Assembly: GCA_963713925.1 (NCBI GenBank)
Contig: OY970212.1
Span: 704,001 to 768,000, forward strand
Direction: 5' to 3'
Origin: an uncultured bacterium
GTDB taxonomy: Bacteria > Babelota > Babeliae > Babelales > Vermiphilaceae
Length of the DNA stretch: 64,000 nucleotides
Shown in pieces: positions 59,316 to 64,000 of this stretch (position 1 is the first letter of the stretch; each line of letters starts with the position of its first letter). The notes below the pieces were generated by a model, which worked only from the letters and a program-made list of their open reading frames with translations, ran no database searches and had not been told where the DNA came from. Made by a program: the position numbers and the translations under genes.

Positions 59316-59978
59316 TCATAGCGTGTTGCATGCGTCAGGGCACATGGATGAGGATGCGGCATCGTTTGGTTTTGGGGCTGTAGAATGTTTTTGCCAAAAA
59401 GCATTATATCTCTCGTCAAAGTTTGGTAGCTTTTGTTCGAAGCTTTTACCTACTGTATCTTCATATGCTTTTTTTATTTCATTAAAAGAAGGATCGTCTT
59501 TTGATAGCTTTTGAAAAAGAATTTTGTGCTCAGGAGATGTCTGTTGAGAATGTATAAATTGGTGCAACTCAAATAAAGCGTACACCTTTTTATTTTCTAC
59601 CTTGTCCCAATCGTTTTTAATAGGAAGATTATCAAAAAAAAATTTCTCATTGACGGCGCTCCCTTTGAGCGAGATGAGGGTGAGGGCAGCGAGTGATTCT
59701 TTTGCATCTTTAAAGAATGAACACATCTGATTATATTCCATTGAGGCTCGAGTTCCATAATGGAAAAATCTAATGGTATCAATGGTTGGTCTGGGAATGG
59801 GCTTCAGTTTATTTTGTTGTAAACTGTCAATTATTGAGATCAAAAGAACATCTCTTGACGCATCAATTTGTGATGAAGATAAAGAATTCGCAAGCATAGG
59901 GCTATCTACCGGACTGTCTGCTGCGTTCGTGATGGTTATTGATACAAAAAGAATAAAAAAACCAATATGCAATTTCAT
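59316..59978 (-). CDS. Hypothetical secreted protein ending in CaaX-like CNTL
   Basis: AAGGAG RBS; signal ...TNA|AD; C-terminus CPDACNTL*. Confidence 0.75.
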   Translation of the reverse strand: MKLHIGFFILFVSITITNAADSPVDSPMLANSLSSSQIDASRDVLLISIIDSLQQNKLKPIPRPTIDTIRFFHYGTRASMEYNQMCSFFKDAKESLAALTLISLKGSAVNEKFFFDNLPIKNDWDKVENKKVYALFELHQFIHSQQTSPEHKILFQKLSKDDPSFNEIKKAYEDTVGKSFEQKLPNFDERYNAFWQKHSTAPKPNDAASSSMCPDACNTL

Positions 59979-60013
59979 TACAATCTCCTTTACAAGTGCT
60001 TCATCTTTCCATC

Positions 60014-61405
60014 CTAACGCAACCGCCCAAGGTTTTCAAACGCTTGTTGAACAAGTGCCTTAAAGACCTCTCCACGCTTTTTATAATTTTCAAACAAGTC
60101 AAAACTGGCTCCAGCTGGAGAAAAGAGCACGCAGTCGCCACGTTCTGCAAGCGTAGCATATTGTTTGATCGCATGTTCAAGATTTTCAAACGCGTCGGCA
60201 CTGATATTGTTGGACTGCGCATATTGAGTCAATTGATTGGCTTCTCTTCCGAAACAGTAGAGATATTTTACTTTTCCTTCAAGAGATTTGAAAAACGGCG
60301 CGCGATCGACGCCTTTGCTGACACCGCCGATAAAGAGTATGAGCTGTTGCGCATTGAGTTTTTCAACCGCGGCGAGTGTTGCGGCTGGAATAGTTGCTTT
60401 TGAATCATTGTAAAAAGGGATACCATGATAGGTGCCAATATGTTCAATTCGATGCTTCGGAATAGTCAGTTGCATGTCTTGTGAAATGAGTTGAGAAACA
60501 TCAATGTTCAAAGCCTCAAGGGTCGCAATTAAGGCGATCCAATTTGCAACAAGGCTGACTTCAGCCAACTGTGAAATGGGGATAATCTGTCGCATTGTCC
60601 CATGTATCACGGCTATGATACACCCTTGATACACTGTGTACAGAGGTTCTGATGATACGTATTCCTTTATAAAACCTGCTGATATTTCATGCGGATAGTG
60701 CCATAGTTTTTGCGCTGGAAATTGTTCTTTGTCGATCAAAAGTTCGCGCAATTCCCATGGAACTATGCTGTAATCCGATTCTTTCTGAAGCTGCAGCATG
60801 CGGAGCTTTGCCTGAGTGTAGGATTGCATGGTTTCGTGTCGATCAAGGTGATTCGGATATATATTTGAAATAATGGCAATGAAGGGGGCGAATTGTTTGA
60901 TGTGCTCAAGTTGAAAGCTGGAAACTTCCAAAATTGAATAGTTGGCGGTATTTCTTTCAGAAATCAGATCGAGCATCCCGTTGCCGATGTTGCCGGCGGT
61001 CTTGTTAGAAACGCCTGTTTTTTCCAACAAAGATCCCAGGAGGGTGGTGAGGGTTGTTTTGCCGACCGAACCGGTAATTGCGATGGTCGGTGTTGTTGTA
61101 TAGTGCTGAAAAATATCGAGTTCCGCAACGAATTTTTGCTTATAATCCTGATAGTTTCTCAGGTCAACCCCGGGGCTTGGAATAATGAAATCGCAGGTTT
61201 CCAGCATGGCATGAATGGTTTCGGAAGTTTGAACAAAAAACTGAACAAACGGGCGATCCGATTCAGGGATGTAAGATTGTGCATTCTCTTTTGCATCGAC
61301 AATAGTAATCGATTCGCATCCGCGCATTCGGGCAAATCGTAAGACTGATTGTCCAACGACTCCAAATCCCCAAATGCCCAGTTTTTGAGAGAAAATATGC
61401 TCCAT
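60014..61405 (-). CDS. murD: UDP-N-acetylmuramoyl-L-alanine--D-glutamate ligase
   Basis: SPGV, ITGSVGKTT, GNIG, EVSSFQL, HLDRH, NDSKAT, SPAGASFD.F.NY..RG. Confidence 0.96.
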   Translation of the reverse strand: MEHIFSQKLGIWGFGVVGQSVLRFARMRGCESITIVDAKENAQSYIPESDRPFVQFFVQTSETIHAMLETCDFIIPSPGVDLRNYQDYKQKFVAELDIFQHYTTTPTIAITGSVGKTTLTTLLGSLLEKTGVSNKTAGNIGNGMLDLISERNTANYSILEVSSFQLEHIKQFAPFIAIISNIYPNHLDRHETMQSYTQAKLRMLQLQKESDYSIVPWELRELLIDKEQFPAQKLWHYPHEISAGFIKEYVSSEPLYTVYQGCIIAVIHGTMRQIIPISQLAEVSLVANWIALIATLEALNIDVSQLISQDMQLTIPKHRIEHIGTYHGIPFYNDSKATIPAATLAAVEKLNAQQLILFIGGVSKGVDRAPFFKSLEGKVKYLYCFGREANQLTQYAQSNNISADAFENLEHAIKQYATLAERGDCVLFSPAGASFDLFENYKKRGEVFKALVQQAFENLGRLR

Positions 61406-61482
61406 GGTAATGCCTATGCGAAACGTAGGTTTAAATGTATACTCAGTATACTCAAAAAGATATCTTAACCAAGGAACTTATC

Positions 61483-64000
61483 ATGGCACAGGGCGCCGAT
61501 ACCAAAGTCAGTTTTAAAGATACGTTGAATTTACCAACTACCGCATTTCCTATCAGATCAAACCCTGCTCAAGAAGATCCGCGTATGATCGATCGATGGA
61601 ACTCTGAAAAACTATCCGAACAGGCTTGTCAGATTAACCAATCAAGCGAATCATTTATCTTGCATGATGGGCCACCCTATGCCAATGGTCATATTCATAT
61701 CGGACATGCCTACAATAAAATTTTAAAAGATATCGTGTGCAAATCACAAAGAATGGCGGGCAAATTCACTCCCGTTATTCCGGGGTGGGATTGCCATGGA
61801 TTGCCGATTGAGTTTAAAGTTTCATCAGAAAATCCGGGTTTGCCTCCCGTTGAACTCAAGAAAAAATGTCGTGAATACGCGCAATCATGGATCGACATAC
61901 AACGAGAAGAATTTAAAAAGCTTGGCGTGTTGATGGATTGGGATCATCCGTATATCACCATGAATCCCGGCTATGAAGCATCGATTTTGAGCGCATTTGG
62001 TGAGTTTGTTGAGCGTGGCTATATTGAGCGAAAAAATAAAACAGTGCCCTGGTGCGCGACCTGTAGAACAGTGCTTGCTGCTGCCGAAATCGAATATGCC
62101 GATCGTAAAGATCCCTCACTCTATGTACTATTTGAACTTGAGCAAAAAGCGACCGATACACTCTTTCCATCGCTTCGAGGTCAAAAGGTGTTCCTGGTGA
62201 TATGGACCACAACTCCCTGGACATTGCCCCTCAACCGTGCCGTTATGATAAATCCGGAGACATCATATAGTCTTGTGTCAGTCAATGGACAATACGTGCT
62301 CGTTGGCTCACAAGCTGCTGATGGGCTCTGTACGCAGTTGCAATGTGAAAAGAAGGCGATCGCCACCATTCATGCCAATGATCTTCTATCGGCCGGTGCA
62401 CGAGCACATCATCCATTTGACCCAAATCGTCTGGTGCCATTGGTTGTTTCTGAAGGCGTATCTGTTGCCGAAGGGACAGCATTTGTGCATTGTGCTCCCG
62501 GTTGCGGGCCTGAAGATTATGAAGTCGGCGTAAGACACGGGCTCGAAATCTATTCTCCTGTCACCGTTGACGGGAAGTATGATGACACGATAATCCCAAA
62601 AGAATTAGCCGGCATGTCGGTTACTGATGGCCAAATTTGGGTTATCAAACAGTTAGCAACTCATTTGAAGTTGTTGCACAAAACTTCCATAAAACACAGC
62701 TACCCCCATTGCTGGCGTTGTCACAACGGATTGATCTTCCGCGCGACCAAGCAATGGTTTTGTGATTTAGAAAAAAACAATTTGAAAGATCGCACCCTCA
62801 CAGCAATTGAAGGCATTGAGACTTTTCCTCAAAAATCGAAAAATCGCCTACACGCAACAGTGGAAGGGCGGTTGGAATGGTGCTTGTCGCGTCAACGCGT
62901 GTGGGGTGTTCCGATACCGGCGTTGTTGTGCGTCAATGGTGATTACGCTTATACCAATCAAGAATTCATCAACAAAGTTGCAGATAAAGTTGCACAAAAG
63001 GGTATTGAATACTGGGATGAAGTGACGGTCAAAGAATTGCTTCCGGCCGGATTACGCTGCCCTCATTGCAATAGTGCTGAATTTATCAAAGAAAAAGATA
63101 TTCTCGATGTGTGGTTCGATTCGGGCATAAGCCATTATGCTGTGCTTGCAAAGCGAGCACACCTACCGGCCGATATGTATCTAGAAGGAAAAGATCAGCA
63201 TCGCGGCTGGTTTCAAAGCTCCTTGCTCAGTTCGTTAGTCATAAATGATAAAGCGCCCATGAAAATGATCATGACCCATGGATTTACCGTTGATCAGCAA
63301 GGCCGTAAAATGTCAAAATCATTGGGCAATGTAGTTTCCCCGGAAGAAATGGTTGCTCAGTTAGGGACCGATGGATTACGCTTGTGGGCGTCGTCGATTG
63401 ACTATGCTGATGATGCAGTGGTCTCAGAAACATTGCTCAATAATGTCAAAGAAGTGTTGCGCAAAGTGAGAAACACGTGTCGCTTCTTGCTTTCCAACTT
63501 GTATGATTATCATCATGAAAAAGATCATCTGCCGCTTGAGCAGTTGATGCCGATCGATATCTATGCATTACAAGAATTGCAACGATTTGTCAGCAAAGTA
63601 AGCGCCGCGTATGCAGAATTTGATTTTACCGCCGTGTATCATGCATTTGCTGACTATTGCGCGAGCGATTTAAGTTCATTCTATCTTGATATCATTAAAG
63701 ATAGACTCTATGTCGAGTTAGCCAATGGCCAATTGCGTCGCTCCGCGCAGACAACCTGTTGGTATATTTTGGATACGCTCACCAAATGGATAGCGCCGAT
63801 ACTTTCCTTTAACGCAGAAATGATTTCTGACGAATATCAACGTGGCAAGAAAGAATCGATTCACTTGCAACGGTTTAGCCATCCGATTTCACCACTCGCA
63901 TTGATGGATCCGATGGTTCGTTATCATGCCAGCGATAGAGTGATTGAACAAACCATTTCATATGAAACAGCGTACACTGATGTTGTTGCTCAAAAGCCAT
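61483..64000 (+). CDS. ileS: Isoleucine--tRNA ligase (runs off window edge)
   Basis: Read by eye: KDTLNLP.T.FP, LHDGPPYANGHIHIGH, GWDCHGLPIE, WTTTPWTLP.N, WCLSRQR.WG, KMSKS. Confidence 0.97.
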   Translation, partial: MAQGADTKVSFKDTLNLPTTAFPIRSNPAQEDPRMIDRWNSEKLSEQACQINQSSESFILHDGPPYANGHIHIGHAYNKILKDIVCKSQRMAGKFTPVIPGWDCHGLPIEFKVSSENPGLPPVELKKKCREYAQSWIDIQREEFKKLGVLMDWDHPYITMNPGYEASILSAFGEFVERGYIERKNKTVPWCATCRTVLAAAEIEYADRKDPSLYVLFELEQKATDTLFPSLRGQKVFLVIWTTTPWTLPLNRAVMINPETSYSLVSVNGQYVLVGSQAADGLCTQLQCEKKAIATIHANDLLSAGARAHHPFDPNRLVPLVVSEGVSVAEGTAFVHCAPGCGPEDYEVGVRHGLEIYSPVTVDGKYDDTIIPKELAGMSVTDGQIWVIKQLATHLKLLHKTSIKHSYPHCWRCHNGLIFRATKQWFCDLEKNNLKDRTLTAIEGIETFPQKSKNRLHATVEGRLEWCLSRQRVWGVPIPALLCVNGDYAYTNQEFINKVADKVAQKGIEYWDEVTVKELLPAGLRCPHCNSAEFIKEKDILDVWFDSGISHYAVLAKRAHLPADMYLEGKDQHRGWFQSSLLSSLVINDKAPMKMIMTHGFTVDQQGRKMSKSLGNVVSPEEMVAQLGTDGLRLWASSIDYADDAVVSETLLNNVKEVLRKVRNTCRFLLSNLYDYHHEKDHLPLEQLMPIDIYALQELQRFVSKVSAAYAEFDFTAVYHAFADYCASDLSSFYLDIIKDRLYVELANGQLRRSAQTTCWYILDTLTKWIAPILSFNAEMISDEYQRGKKESIHLQRFSHPISPLALMDPMVRYHASDRVIEQTISYETAYTDVVAQKP

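Noticed and set aside
61710..63025. Short track ORFs in this interval, and similar antisense or out-of-frame ORFs throughout the window
   Set aside because: They are shadows of ileS and other well-supported genes.
1..64000. CRISPR array, cas genes, rRNA, prophage or integrase
   Set aside because: No regularly spaced identical repeats with unique spacers and no recognisable genes. The palindromes are dispersed and variable.

Overview
AT-rich bacterial chromosomal segment, genetic code 11. Many signal-peptide orphan proteins, some with eukaryote-like modules (Skp1/BTB-WD40, F-box-like, CaaX ends), are interspersed with housekeeping genes (tRNA-Arg, lemA, dnaA, pgk, rpiB, trxB-trx, pepA, thyX, ftsW, murD, ileS). 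This pattern suggests an intracellular protist-associated bacterium, most likely Candidatus Dependentiae/Babeliae (TM6); this is an inference and was not searched. The most notable locus (46.7-54.8 kb) is a candidate amide/urea-sensing ion-channel system. It contains an orphan UrtA/AmiC-type binding protein, a tandem-Cache membrane protein with no output domain, a degenerate PPP-phosphatase/Venus-flytrap fusion, a GLIC/ELIC-like pentameric ligand-gated ion channel and a divergently transcribed formamidase. Other highlights: a Skp1-WD40 gene split by one in-frame TAA; two CaaX-ending secreted proteins inserted between murD and ftsW; a protease-dead FtsH-like AAA protein; a secreted kinase-like protein; a truncated IS200 tnpA fused to a CPT-like remnant; and a pervasive GGGNCCC..GGGT palindromic element family, including copies inside a coding frame. 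No CRISPR array, rRNA or prophage was seen. All family calls come from motif recognition by eye.
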